This document shows, piece after piece, positions 9,128-18,066 of a stretch of DNA of 64,000 nucleotides; within the stretch, counting starts at the first letter, position 1; every line of letters starts with the position of its first letter. The stretch is from an uncultured bacterium (GTDB taxonomy: Bacteria; Actinomycetota; Acidimicrobiia; Spongiisociales; UBA5794), in contig CAWDDT010000011.1 in the NCBI GenBank assembly GCA_963801165.1, positions 192,001-256,000 of the forward strand, written 5' to 3'. The notes beneath the pieces were generated by a model. The model did not search any database and had not been told where the DNA came from. It saw nothing but the letters and a program-made list of their open reading frames with translations. The position numbers and the translations under genes are program-made.

Positions 9128-9433
9128 TCAGGCCGCGATGCTTGTCAGCACAACCGAATTGTCGGAACCGTGGTCGTTGGGCCAGTACGCGTCGGCCGCT
9201 TCGTCGTTCTCCCAGCGCACCTGGTTGAAGATGTAGCGAAACTGCACCGCGTTGTCTTTTGGAAGCCGAACTTTGACCCGGAACGGTCCTCTGCCCCGGT
9301 CGGCGCGCTTGAGCGCAATCGGCTCCCAGTCAAAGGCATCGGCACACAAGTCGACCGAACTCAGATCGGGCCGATCGATCTCGAAGGTGACCTCTACTTC
9401 GTCCTTGGTCTTGAAGAATCGTTTAGCGAGCAT
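9128..9433 (-). CDS. Isoamylase early-set (CBM48-like) small protein
   Basis: MLAKRFFKTKDEVEVTF...QFRYIF...WENDEAADAY..N.HGSDNSV; RBS gagggg. Confidence 0.85.
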   Translation of the reverse strand: MLAKRFFKTKDEVEVTFEIDRPDLSSVDLCADAFDWEPIALKRADRGRGPFRVKVRLPKDNAVQFRYIFNQVRWENDEAADAYWPNDHGSDNSVVLTSIAA

Positions 9434-9649
9434 GGGCGCCAACCCCCTCTCTTGTTTGCTGGGTGGAGCGTAGGGTCGCAGTCTCCAGGATCCAAGGCTT
9501 TTCCGGAACCGGATCCAGCGCAAGATTTCTGGACAAACCGACCGAAAAGTACACTGGCAGCAATTGTCCGGTCATCATCACGAACAACATCGAACTGCGC
9601 TGGTGACCAAGCATTCTGAGTGATCGGCCGTACCGGCTGGAGGTCTGAC

Positions 9650-10639
9650 ATGACTGTGAAACTGGGAATCATAGGCACCGGGCGCATCGCCCATGCGCAC
9701 GCCGCGGGGGTCAGCAACAGCCCCGACGCTGAGCTGGTAGCGGTCAACGACCTGGTCGCGGACGTCGCCGAGGCGTTTGCCGCTAAGTACGGCTGCCGGG
9801 CCGACGACGTCGAAGGCATCGCGGCCGACCCGGACATCACGGGTGTGCTCATCTGCACGCCGACGCCGACGCATTCGGTACTGATCGAGAAGTTCGCCAA
9901 AGCCGGAAAGCATGTCTTCTGCGAGAAGCCCGTAGATCTCGACATCGAGAAGGCCAAGGAGGTCGTTGCCGCCGCCGAGAACGCTGGCGTGAAACTGATG
10001 CTCGGCTTCAACCGTCGCTTCGACCCCAGCTTCCTTGCCGTGAGAGCGGCCATCGACGACGGCACCGTTGGCGACGTGGAGCTCGTCCTCATCACATCTC
10101 GTGACCCCGAGCCGCCACCGGTGGCGTATGCCAGGGTCTCCGGCGGGCTATTTCGCGACATGACGATTCACGATCTCGACATGGCCCGATTCCTGTTGGG
10201 CGAGGACCCCGTGGTCGTCTCTGCACACGGGTCGGCTCTGGTTTCGCCCGATATCGCCGAATTCGGCGATATCGACACCGCTTCGGTGATCTTGGAGACG
10301 GCATCGGGGAAGCAAGCCGTAATCACCAACTCGCGGCGCGCCACGTACGGCTACGACCAGCGGGTCGAGGTGCACGGCTCCCGCGGAGTCGTCTACGCCG
10401 AGAATCAACACGAACCCGGCGCCGTTATCGGCAACGAGAACGGCTACACGAAGACGCCGTTGCAGAACTTCTTCATGGACCGGTACATCCCGGCGTACAC
10501 GAACGAGATCAAGGCGTTCGTCAAGTGCATCGCGGACGACACGGAACCGCCGGCCACCGGTGCCGATGGAGTCATTGCTCTACGCATCGCCGATGCGTGC
10601 TTCGAGTCGCTGCACACCGGAAAGCGGGTCCGGATCTAG
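9650..10639 (+). CDS. iolG: myo-Inositol 2-dehydrogenase (Gfo/Idh/MocA)
   Basis: GIIGTGRIA, FCEKP, GFNRRFDP, SRDP, SGGLFRDMTIHDLD, NSRRATYGYDQRVEVHG. Confidence 0.9.
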   Translation: MTVKLGIIGTGRIAHAHAAGVSNSPDAELVAVNDLVADVAEAFAAKYGCRADDVEGIAADPDITGVLICTPTPTHSVLIEKFAKAGKHVFCEKPVDLDIEKAKEVVAAAENAGVKLMLGFNRRFDPSFLAVRAAIDDGTVGDVELVLITSRDPEPPPVAYARVSGGLFRDMTIHDLDMARFLLGEDPVVVSAHGSALVSPDIAEFGDIDTASVILETASGKQAVITNSRRATYGYDQRVEVHGSRGVVYAENQHEPGAVIGNENGYTKTPLQNFFMDRYIPAYTNEIKAFVKCIADDTEPPATGADGVIALRIADACFESLHTGKRVRI

Positions 10640-10651
10640 TCGCTCTCTACG

Positions 10652-11845
10652 CTATGGGCCGCCGGGCGACGCGGCCGCGGCGACGCGCTTCGCCCAATAG
10701 CGTCTCGCCCACCACGGTCGCACGTCGGTGCCATCGGCCCGGCCGGCAACCATCCCGGCCCAACGATCGAGCAGCTCGTTGTGGCGGGCAAACGCCGTCA
10801 CCGCTGGGAGTGGCTCGGTCAGCCAAACCGCCTCGACTTCATCCCGCTCCGAAATGAACAGCGGGGCCAACCGCTGCGGGTCCCTCATGACGGTACGGGC
10901 CAGTTGTTCGTGACGCCACCACAGGCTCTCCCCGTCGTCGTGATCGTCGGGAGCCGTCCCGATGGCTACCGGATCATTGACCGTCACCGGCTTGAACAGC
11001 GAGAGACATTGGGCAGAAGTAGCAGTGAGCCAATGCCGGTCTGCGCCGAGGTCGGCCACCCAGCCGGCCGTGCTGGCTGAAGATGCGACCAATCCCCCGC
11101 CGTGCATACAGGGCATACGCAGGGTTCCGTTTAGCCGGCGATAGCGCGGCCACTCGTCGCTCCCATGGCTCCGCAACACCCGCATCAAATCACCGGCGCC
11201 CAGCGCTCGTGCCGCCATTCGTCCGGTCAGCTCGGTACGGACGGCACACGCGGAGACCCGATTGCGCAGCCGGTCGCGATGTTTGGCGGCAAACCCGGGA
11301 ATGGTCAGACCGTTCGAGATGGTGCGCACCCCTGCCGTGACCTGCTCGGTCGCCCAGAGCTTCCCGGCCGTCTCGAGGACGATGGCCCCGGTGCGGTCGG
11401 CCACGATGTAGCTGTTGTGATAGGTGAACGATCGATGCTCGTGGCCGCAGCCCCCGCCCTGGCCGTAACGTTCCATGAGCTCGACGATCACGCCGACCGC
11501 TTCTTCGGCGGTTGAGGCGCGCTCGAGGGCGAGACGCAGCAGATCCATCCCCGTTAGACCGGTGGCGGCATACGGCTGGTCCGTGAACACCGCCTCATTG
11601 CCGATAGTCACCCCGTACTCGTTGGCCCCGATCTCCGCACCCCACATCCAAAACGGTCTGCTGATGAGCACCGCGTTGGTGTGTTCCGCCTGGGGAATCT
11701 CGAGGTAGGTGCACCGTACCGTGGCACCGGGCGGGTGGTCTACGGCCGGATGCCACTCCGGGATCTGGGCCTCGTTCGGGTCGCGATCGGAGTTCTTGGC
11801 GAAGAGAACGCCGTCACTCCCAACTACGACGATGGTGTCGCACAT
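10652..11845 (-). CDS. Peptidase C69 / secernin-like Ntn hydrolase
   Basis: N-terminal MCD nucleophile; FAKNSDRDPNEAQ, WMWGAEIGANEYGVTIGNEAV, GMDLLRLALERA. Confidence 0.9.
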   Translation of the reverse strand: MCDTIVVVGSDGVLFAKNSDRDPNEAQIPEWHPAVDHPPGATVRCTYLEIPQAEHTNAVLISRPFWMWGAEIGANEYGVTIGNEAVFTDQPYAATGLTGMDLLRLALERASTAEEAVGVIVELMERYGQGGGCGHEHRSFTYHNSYIVADRTGAIVLETAGKLWATEQVTAGVRTISNGLTIPGFAAKHRDRLRNRVSACAVRTELTGRMAARALGAGDLMRVLRSHGSDEWPRYRRLNGTLRMPCMHGGGLVASSASTAGWVADLGADRHWLTATSAQCLSLFKPVTVNDPVAIGTAPDDHDDGESLWWRHEQLARTVMRDPQRLAPLFISERDEVEAVWLTEPLPAVTAFARHNELLDRWAGMVAGRADGTDVRPWWARRYWAKRVAAAASPGGP

Positions 11846-11846
11846 C

Positions 11847-12713
11847 TCAGCGCTCGATCCGACCGGGCAGCAGGAACGGGTAGCGGCGTCGTCGCACGGC
11901 ACGTTGCCACCACCTATCGGCACGACGCAACCGCTGCAGCACCTCCCACATCAACGCATCCTGCCGGTAGTACTTCCTGGCTTCGTCTGTGGTGACCGGG
12001 CGATCAAGCACTGCGTTGGCGGAAGCGAGCAAGGCCGGGATGGCATCGACGGCACGCTCCTTGTGCAGGTTGGCGACAGCATCGAGCAGCGCCGGCCGGG
12101 CTGCGTAGTAGTGCGACAGGATCTCGGAGAGGAGGAACCGTCGCACCAGGCCCCGCATCGCCCACGGCAACGAAGCGATGAACAATCCGAGATCGAGCCG
12201 CTGCCTACCCTCAGAATCCTGCACCAGCGGAGTGGTCACGTCGAGGTAGACGAGGTCGTCGCCGGCCACCGCCCAATTGGAGACCTGAGCATCGAGGCCG
12301 ATCCCATCCCCGATCGATGCGTTCACCAGCCGGCAGAACTGCGTCATCCTCTTCTCGATGAGATGCTTGTCACTCGTTCGGAGATCGGCGACGAGGAGCC
12401 GCCCGTACCGCGGCTGGATGCAATAGGGTGTGACGGGATCGCCCCCGACGGCATGTACCTCGCTCGGGGCCACGGTCAAGCCGCGCTCACCCAACACCTT
12501 TACATAGTCGGCGAGCACCTGCTCGTATTCGGCCAGCTGGGATCGTGTCATCACAGGAAGCCGTTTGCACACCACCGGGCCATCTGTGCCGGGTGCAGCA
12601 AGCACCGTCGAAATCTCCCCGTAGTCGATTATGTCGAGGGTGTCGGATCGACCGGTGTCGAGTGCCCTCTCGACGGCCGCTTCGAGCTGTTCCAGGGTGT
12701 CGGAGGCGATCAT
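11847..12713 (-). CDS. Uncharacterised protein (DUF6206-like) with protein-kinase-like motifs
   Basis: YGEIS, VCKR, LDAQVSNW, YLDVTTP; overlaps the upstream gene by 4 nt. Confidence 0.65.
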   Translation of the reverse strand: MIASDTLEQLEAAVERALDTGRSDTLDIIDYGEISTVLAAPGTDGPVVCKRLPVMTRSQLAEYEQVLADYVKVLGERGLTVAPSEVHAVGGDPVTPYCIQPRYGRLLVADLRTSDKHLIEKRMTQFCRLVNASIGDGIGLDAQVSNWAVAGDDLVYLDVTTPLVQDSEGRQRLDLGLFIASLPWAMRGLVRRFLLSEILSHYYAARPALLDAVANLHKERAVDAIPALLASANAVLDRPVTTDEARKYYRQDALMWEVLQRLRRADRWWQRAVRRRRYPFLLPGRIER

Positions 12714-13903
12714 GCAAACACCGAACGTACGATGGCAACGATCTCATCCGCCTCGCCATCAGTAGTTGTGAGCGGCGGTAGGAATTGCAGCACCGACGTG
12801 TCGTTGCCGGCGTAGACACTGAAGATGCCCGCGTCGAAGAGAAGCTTGGCTGCGAGCATCCCGGCGTCGGGCGCGGGAAAGGCGAAACCCATCATCATCC
12901 CGAGACGGCGAAGCGCGAAAGGCAGATCGGCGAGACCTGCGGCAAGGCGTTCGCCGAGCACCGCGACCCGCTCCAAGAACCCGGGGGCTTCGATGATGTC
13001 GAGCACGGCGAGGGCGGCTGCGCAGCCCGGCTCGGCGCCACCCGCGGTGGAGACGTGGATGAAGGGCTCCTCGTCGAAGATCCGGTGTACTTCAGGTGTC
13101 ATGAGAGTGGCGGTGATCGGATAGACGCCGCCGCCGAGGGCCTTAGCGGTGACAACCAGGTCCGGCTCCAGCTCCCAATGTTGGTAGGCCCACATCCTTC
13201 CGGTGCGTCCCAGCCCGGTCTGCACCTCGTCGAGGATGAGCAGAGAGCCCCGCTCCCGGCAGATCTCCTGGACACCGGGCAGGTAGTAGTCGCCCGGCAC
13301 GGGCATCCCGAGAGTCGCCGGCACGGGCTCGAGGATGACCGCGGCGGTGTCGTCACCAACGGCTGCCCCCATAGCGGCGAGGTCGTCGAATGGAACCTGT
13401 GCGAAACCTGGTGGGTTGGGACCGAACGGGTCTCGAAACTGCGGGTCACCTGCCGCAAGAGCCAACCCGGTGTGACCGTGGTAGCCACCCATTACCGAGA
13501 TGATGCCGATCCTGCCTGTCGCATGGCGGGCAGCCTTGATGGCCACGTCGATTGCCTCACCGCCGCTCACGCCGAAGACAACACCGCTTAGCCGATCACC
13601 GGTTGTCGCCGACAGGCGGTGCGCCAGCTCCGCCCGGCCCGGTGCCGGGAGATGGTGGTTGCCGAGATCGGATGAGCTCAGGGCGTCCATCACCGCCCGT
13701 ACCACGTCGGGATTGCGGTGCCCCAGGTTGAAGACGCCGCCGTTGCAGTGGCAGTTGATCCAGGACCGCTCGTCGAAAGCGTCCCAGAACCGGATGCCCT
13801 CGCGCCGGCCGATGACCGCATCGAGCCCGTACCGCTCGAACATGTCGATCTTTCCGGCGTTGACATGCCGTCGATACAGCTCGAAGACCCGGGCCCGATC
13901 CAT
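12710..13903 (-). CDS. Class III PLP aminotransferase (putrescine/acetylornithine-like)
   Basis: SGGEA, YHG, ILEP, LILDEVQTGLGRTG, PDLVVTAKALGGG. GATACT lies 6 nt before the ATG. Confidence 0.92.
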   Translation of the reverse strand: MDRARVFELYRRHVNAGKIDMFERYGLDAVIGRREGIRFWDAFDERSWINCHCNGGVFNLGHRNPDVVRAVMDALSSSDLGNHHLPAPGRAELAHRLSATTGDRLSGVVFGVSGGEAIDVAIKAARHATGRIGIISVMGGYHGHTGLALAAGDPQFRDPFGPNPPGFAQVPFDDLAAMGAAVGDDTAAVILEPVPATLGMPVPGDYYLPGVQEICRERGSLLILDEVQTGLGRTGRMWAYQHWELEPDLVVTAKALGGGVYPITATLMTPEVHRIFDEEPFIHVSTAGGAEPGCAAALAVLDIIEAPGFLERVAVLGERLAAGLADLPFALRRLGMMMGFAFPAPDAGMLAAKLLFDAGIFSVYAGNDTSVLQFLPPLTTTDGEADEIVAIVRSVFA

Positions 13904-14051
13904 GGGTCAAGTATCGCTACGCCGGCGCGATGTAGCAATCCGCATGGCGACGTGATGGAGTCGATCGGATCTGTGTCTGCTCGTACAGCAGAGCCACACG
14001 CAGCTTCAGGAAGTTGCGACAGGAAGTGCTTTGATGATCGACCGTCTCTCT

Positions 14052-14675
14052 TCAGCCCAGCAGACATCGAGCGAGGTCGACGGCGGCACCCGCATCCGGG
14101 GCATAGCCGTCCGCTCCAATCTGCTCGGCGAACTCCGGGGTGGTGGGCGCGCCACCGATGACCACGCGGGTTGTGAGGCCGGCGCCGCGCACAGCATCGA
14201 TTACCGCGCTCATGTTGGGCATCGTCGTCGTCAGCAATGCGGACAGACCGATGATGTCGGCGTCGTGCTCCTGGGCGGCGGCGACGAACTCGTCGGATGC
14301 CACGTTGACACCGAGATCCACCACCTCGAACCCTGCGCCCTTCCACATCATGGCGACGAGGTTCTTGCCGATGTCGTGCAGGTCGCCCGCCACGGTACCG
14401 ATGACCGCGGTGAACTCCGGTTCGACACCAGCGGCAACGAGCTCCGGCTCGAGCACCACCAATGCTTCCTTCATCGCCCGGGCGGCGATGAGCATCTCGG
14501 GTACAAAGAGGTCTCCCCGCTGGAACCTGGCACCGACGACGTCCATGGCGGCCGTCATCGCGTCGAGCACCTCTTTGGGGCTGATTCCTTCAGTGAGCGC
14601 GGCTTGTGTGATCTCAACCGCTGCCTCCCGATCACCCTCTTCGACCGCCTGCTGAAGCTGCGCAAGATCGGCCAT
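14052..14675 (-). CDS. Corrinoid (B12-binding) protein, MtaC/MttC/MetH cap-Cob type
   Basis: FVPEMLIAARAMK, GDLHDIGKNLV (DxHxxG), DLGVNV, GLSALLTTT, IGGAP; RBS ggagg. Confidence 0.92.
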   Translation of the reverse strand: MADLAQLQQAVEEGDREAAVEITQAALTEGISPKEVLDAMTAAMDVVGARFQRGDLFVPEMLIAARAMKEALVVLEPELVAAGVEPEFTAVIGTVAGDLHDIGKNLVAMMWKGAGFEVVDLGVNVASDEFVAAAQEHDADIIGLSALLTTTMPNMSAVIDAVRGAGLTTRVVIGGAPTTPEFAEQIGADGYAPDAGAAVDLARCLLG

Positions 14676-14787
14676 CAAGAACCTCCTGTCGTTCATTCAC
14701 GTCAAAGACGCAACCTGCCCGTGGGTCATATCCCACCGCAAGATACCCGCCGGGCCACACTCACCCGCTCTGGCGTCGGGTGGCCCG

Positions 14788-15822
14788 TCACACCTCCGCG
14801 ATGAGCACCCGGAAATCGCCGAGGCCCCTGGGATGAAGCAGAGTCTCGGCGTCGAGGCGTTTGCTCCGGCTCTGCAACTGCTGCATCGTATCGCCGGCAC
14901 GGGCACTAGCGAGCTCCTGGCGCTTCATCTCGGATACAACCTGGCGAAGACCCCACGCGACCAGGAAGTCGTCCTGGCGATACAGCTCGGCAGACGAGCC
15001 GAGGTGCCGGGCAGCCGCCAGCAGCGCCGTGAAGTTGACGTCGACGGTGATGTCGGTCTCGCCCGGCTCCAGCAGCGGGTCGGGGCCGAGGTGATGACCC
15101 CGGTAGGTGCGCAGGGTCCCCAGGCTGCGCCGGGGCTCGAGCTCCTCGGTCGTTCCCCCGTAGTCGATCAGAAGGATCACCCCGCTCGCGATTGTGCCGA
15201 TAGCCTGCTCCAGCCAGCCGGCGGCAGCGAGCTGCACCTCGACGATGCCTCCGACCGGCACCTCTCCCCCATAGTCATCGGCCCACGCCGCCACCTCGGG
15301 CCGGGCGTCCACGGCAACAAAGGCGAGCTCGTCGCCGACGGTGCCGACGAAGTGCTCGTCCCAGCCATCCTGGGTGCGGACCGCGATGGACACGGGCAGG
15401 TTGTCAACGAGCTCGTTGGCGATGATCGCCCCCGTCAGCCCGTGCGGCAGATCATCGAGCGACTCGGTGATCCGGTTCTCAGGCAAGACGCTCCGCAGGC
15501 TCTCCTGTGCCGTCGGGGACACCTCGACCGCCCAGGCGTCGACGCTGCCCATCTCGGCGAGAAGCGGGCGCAGCAGGGACCCGGACCCGGCGCCGACTTC
15601 GACCAGTGTCTCGATGGGGCGGGTCCCGAGGCACCGTGCAATCGTCTTGCCAAACCATGGGCTCACCTCGGGGCTGGTCAGGAAGTCGCCTGCGGCCGAT
15701 GAACGCACCGGGCCACGAGTAAAGAAGCCTCCCTCGCCATAGAGGGCGATGTCCATGAAGACCTCGAAGGGAATAGGCCCCTCAGCGGCGATCCGTGCAC
15801 GGATCGTGTCGGCGACCGTCAC
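14788..15822 (-). CDS. SAM-dependent methyltransferase, MidA/NDUFAF7 family
   Basis: GPIPFEVFMDIALY, GDFLTSPEVS, VEVGAGSG, ANELVDNLP, IDYG, PGETDITVDVNF. Confidence 0.9.
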   Translation of the reverse strand: MTVADTIRARIAAEGPIPFEVFMDIALYGEGGFFTRGPVRSSAAGDFLTSPEVSPWFGKTIARCLGTRPIETLVEVGAGSGSLLRPLLAEMGSVDAWAVEVSPTAQESLRSVLPENRITESLDDLPHGLTGAIIANELVDNLPVSIAVRTQDGWDEHFVGTVGDELAFVAVDARPEVAAWADDYGGEVPVGGIVEVQLAAAGWLEQAIGTIASGVILLIDYGGTTEELEPRRSLGTLRTYRGHHLGPDPLLEPGETDITVDVNFTALLAAARHLGSSAELYRQDDFLVAWGLRQVVSEMKRQELASARAGDTMQQLQSRSKRLDAETLLHPRGLGDFRVLIAEV

Positions 15823-15920
15823 GACGCGCCTACCGCCAATCGGCCGTCACCAAGGGAGGATGAGGCTCCCTCTCCCTCTGGGAGAGGTGCCGAGCGAAGC
15901 GAAGGCGACGAGGGCCTCAT
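15819..15920 (-). other. Repeat-derived relay ORF (33 aa) containing a family A repeat (15866-15917)
   Basis: MRPSSPSLRSAPLPEGEGASSSLGDGRLAVGAS*. The ATG overlaps the uORF stop (ATGA); the TGA overlaps the midA GTG (GTGA). Confidence 0.55.
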
Positions 15921-16078
15921 GAGTACACCGACGAGCGTGGATCGAGAGCCAGAGGGCGACCGCCCGGCAGCCACCGGGAACCCATGGTTCTGACGAGGGG
16001 TATGCGACCGAGGGCATCCGTGGCCAAGACAGTGGCAACGAGCACAACGGGAGTGGGGAGTCTGGCGTCGGGTCCCAT
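15917..16078 (-). CDS. Putative leaderless 53-aa upstream ORF / leader peptide
   Basis: MGPDARLPTPVVLVATVLATDALGRIPLVRTMGSRWLPGGRPLALDPRSSVYS; TAGCCT lies 7 nt before the ATG; stop is coupled to the relay ORF. Confidence 0.4.
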   Translation of the reverse strand: MGPDARLPTPVVLVATVLATDALGRIPLVRTMGSRWLPGGRPLALDPRSSVYS

Positions 16079-16152
16079 CGACGGCAGGCTAGCGGGAGCT
16101 GCCATGCGAACGATCACGCCTGTCGGTTCGTTGTGCGCTTGGGTCACTGCAA

Positions 16153-16268
16153 GGCCCTCACCAGCTTCACGCACCACCTCTCCCAGAGGGAGAGGGAAAG
16201 ACCCGACCCACCAGCTTCACGCACCACCTCTCCCAGAGGGAGAGGGAAAGACCCGACCCACCAGCTTC
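16153..16268 (+). repeat. Family A repeat, 50-bp tandem x2 plus partial
   Basis: caccagcttcacgcaccacctctcccagagggagagggaaagacccgacc occurs twice; inverted relative to the 15866-15917 copy. Confidence 0.85.
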
Positions 16269-16305
16269 GCTACGCCAACCTCAGCAAGACCGTTACCTCC
16301 CCCAC

Positions 16306-16324
16306 TACTACGTCGGACGTACTA
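16306..16324. promoter_or_regulatory. Putative PadR autoregulatory operator overlapping the -10
   Basis: Palindrome ta-c-tacgtc-g-gacgta-c-ta adjacent to TAATGT, which is 7 nt before ATG 16336. Confidence 0.5.
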
Positions 16325-16335
16325 ATGTGGTCGAG

Positions 16336-16674
16336 ATGACACGATCCAACGCAATGCCCGGGCCACGGCGGTCGAACGATCCGCCGCTTCTGATCCTGAC
16401 CAGCCTGGCCGAAGGTCCGAAGCACGGGTACGCCCTGGCACAAGACATCGAGGAGTTCGCCGGGGTGCGCCTCGGGCCGGGCACCCTGTACGGTGCGATC
16501 ACCAGACTCGAGGAGCGCGGTTTGATCGAACCGGTCGACACAGGTGGTCGCCGTCGGCCCTACCGATTGACCGCAGCCGGTGCCACTTCGCTGACCGAGA
16601 CGATCACAGACCTGCGCCACATCGTCGAGACCGGCACAGCGCGGCTGCACGTCGCGGGCGAGGGATTGGCATGA
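16336..16674 (+). CDS. PadR family transcriptional regulator
   Basis: LILTSLAEGPKHGYAL...LGPGTLYGAITRLEERGLI...RRRPYRLTAAG. Confidence 0.93.
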   Translation: MTRSNAMPGPRRSNDPPLLILTSLAEGPKHGYALAQDIEEFAGVRLGPGTLYGAITRLEERGLIEPVDTGGRRRPYRLTAAGATSLTETITDLRHIVETGTARLHVAGEGLA

Positions 16675-17612
16675 GCGAGCCGCGGCCCGACCTCTCCCGC
16701 TTGCTCAGGTGGTACCCGCCCTCCTGGCGAGACCGCTACGGCGACGAATTGTTGGCGATGATGGAAGACACGCTCGGAGAGCGCCGGGCGACGCTTGGGT
16801 TTCGGCTATCGATCACAATGGCGGGCATCCGCGAGCGGTCGCACATCGCTGGCTTGGTGGGAGAGACCGTTCCCCCGGCCGAGCGGGTTCGTGGGGGTGG
16901 GCTGGTTGTCATGGCCGCGTGGACTGCGTTCGTTCTCGCCGGAGCGGCGTTTGCCAAGCTGTCCGAACACAGCAACGAGGCCGTCGCCACGTCGCAGCGG
17001 CTGCTGATAGTCGATACCTACCGCATCGTCATAGCACTCGCAGTGGTGACGGCTCTCGCCGTAGTCGCCGGTGGCATGGTCGCGGCTCGCCCGCTTTGGC
17101 AGCTGTTACGTGGTAACGACGGCCTCGTACTCCGGCGGCGACTTTGGATAGCCACGACGTGGTCGGTTGTCGCCGCGGCCGCTACCGCAGGGCTCGTCGT
17201 CGTCGCACATCGATTGCCCCGGGCAGACATCGAGACGGGCGCCTGGCCCTACGGAGCCATCTTCATCGTCTGGGCGATTGTGATCGGGGCTGCGTTGGTG
17301 GCGTGGACATCCTTTGGGATAGGTGCCGTGCGCCGGGTCAACTTCGATCGTCGCGCCCTTGCGGTCGAATCGGTGCTTGCGATCACGGTGGCGGCTGCCA
17401 TGGTCGCGATGACCATCGTCACCGGGGTGTGGTGGGTGGCGATCGCCCATCGGGCACCATGGTTCCTGCACGGCACTGCACCCGGAACATTGGGTTCGGC
17501 GTTCGATATCCGGTTGGCGTCGGTGGTTGCCCTCATGGTGTTGGCCGATGCGACCGCGGGCGTCGGTGTCGTCCGGATTGGAGCGGGCTGGGCTGCGGCA
17601 GGCCGGGGGTGA
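16671..17612 (+). CDS. Membrane protein, PadR partner (LLRWYPxxWRxRYGDE N-terminus)
   Basis: ATGA overlap with padR; multiple TM helices. Confidence 0.8.
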   Translation: MSEPRPDLSRLLRWYPPSWRDRYGDELLAMMEDTLGERRATLGFRLSITMAGIRERSHIAGLVGETVPPAERVRGGGLVVMAAWTAFVLAGAAFAKLSEHSNEAVATSQRLLIVDTYRIVIALAVVTALAVVAGGMVAARPLWQLLRGNDGLVLRRRLWIATTWSVVAAAATAGLVVVAHRLPRADIETGAWPYGAIFIVWAIVIGAALVAWTSFGIGAVRRVNFDRRALAVESVLAITVAAAMVAMTIVTGVWWVAIAHRAPWFLHGTAPGTLGSAFDIRLASVVALMVLADATAGVGVVRIGAGWAAAGRG

Positions 17613-17617
17613 CCCCA

Positions 17618-17959
17618 ATGCGTCTTGCGCCGGCCGCTGTCGGTGTCGTATTGGGTGTGGCCGGTGCCACGGTGATCCTGGTCGGCTCCGGTCTGATTCT
17701 CGTACCGTGGGCAATCGTTGGTCTTGGTATCGGCTGGATGTCCGCTGATGCACGGGCGGCCCGGGTCAACGGGCTGCTCTATGGTTTTGCGCTGTCGCTG
17801 AGCTTCCTCGTCGCCGGTTACGAAGGCGACGCCTCGCTGCTCACCGTGACGGTGACCTTCGCCGTCCTGAGCCTGTTTGGTGCGGCGTGCGGATGGCTGT
17901 TGAGTGCGTCCGCCCGGCACATGCGAAGCCGGCGGTCCCGGTCGGCTGGTGAGCGGTAG
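17618..17959 (+). CDS. Small membrane protein
   Basis: ATG 5 nt after the previous stop; about 4 hydrophobic segments. Confidence 0.65.
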   Translation: MRLAPAAVGVVLGVAGATVILVGSGLILVPWAIVGLGIGWMSADARAARVNGLLYGFALSLSFLVAGYEGDASLLTVTVTFAVLSLFGAACGWLLSASARHMRSRRSRSAGER

Positions 17960-17972
17960 AGGGTCATTGGAG

Positions 17973-18037
17973 CGGCGAGCGCCGTGCCTTCCTCCCCGTC
18001 GCCTCCCCGACGACCATCCGATCTCCCCGAAATGGAG
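17973..18037 (+). repeat. Degenerate family B repeat
   Basis: cggcgagcgccgtgccttcctcccc...ccgatctccccgaaatggag resembles module X of the 33.5 and 41.45 kb copies. Confidence 0.55.
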
Positions 18038-18066
18038 TCCGACCCCTGGACAGGAGGAGAGAAAAC

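Noticed and set aside
14676-14787. Cobalamin riboswitch before the corrinoid gene
   Set aside because: The spacer is short and no B12-box or GGGAA core was recognised; an Infernal search would be needed to exclude it fully.
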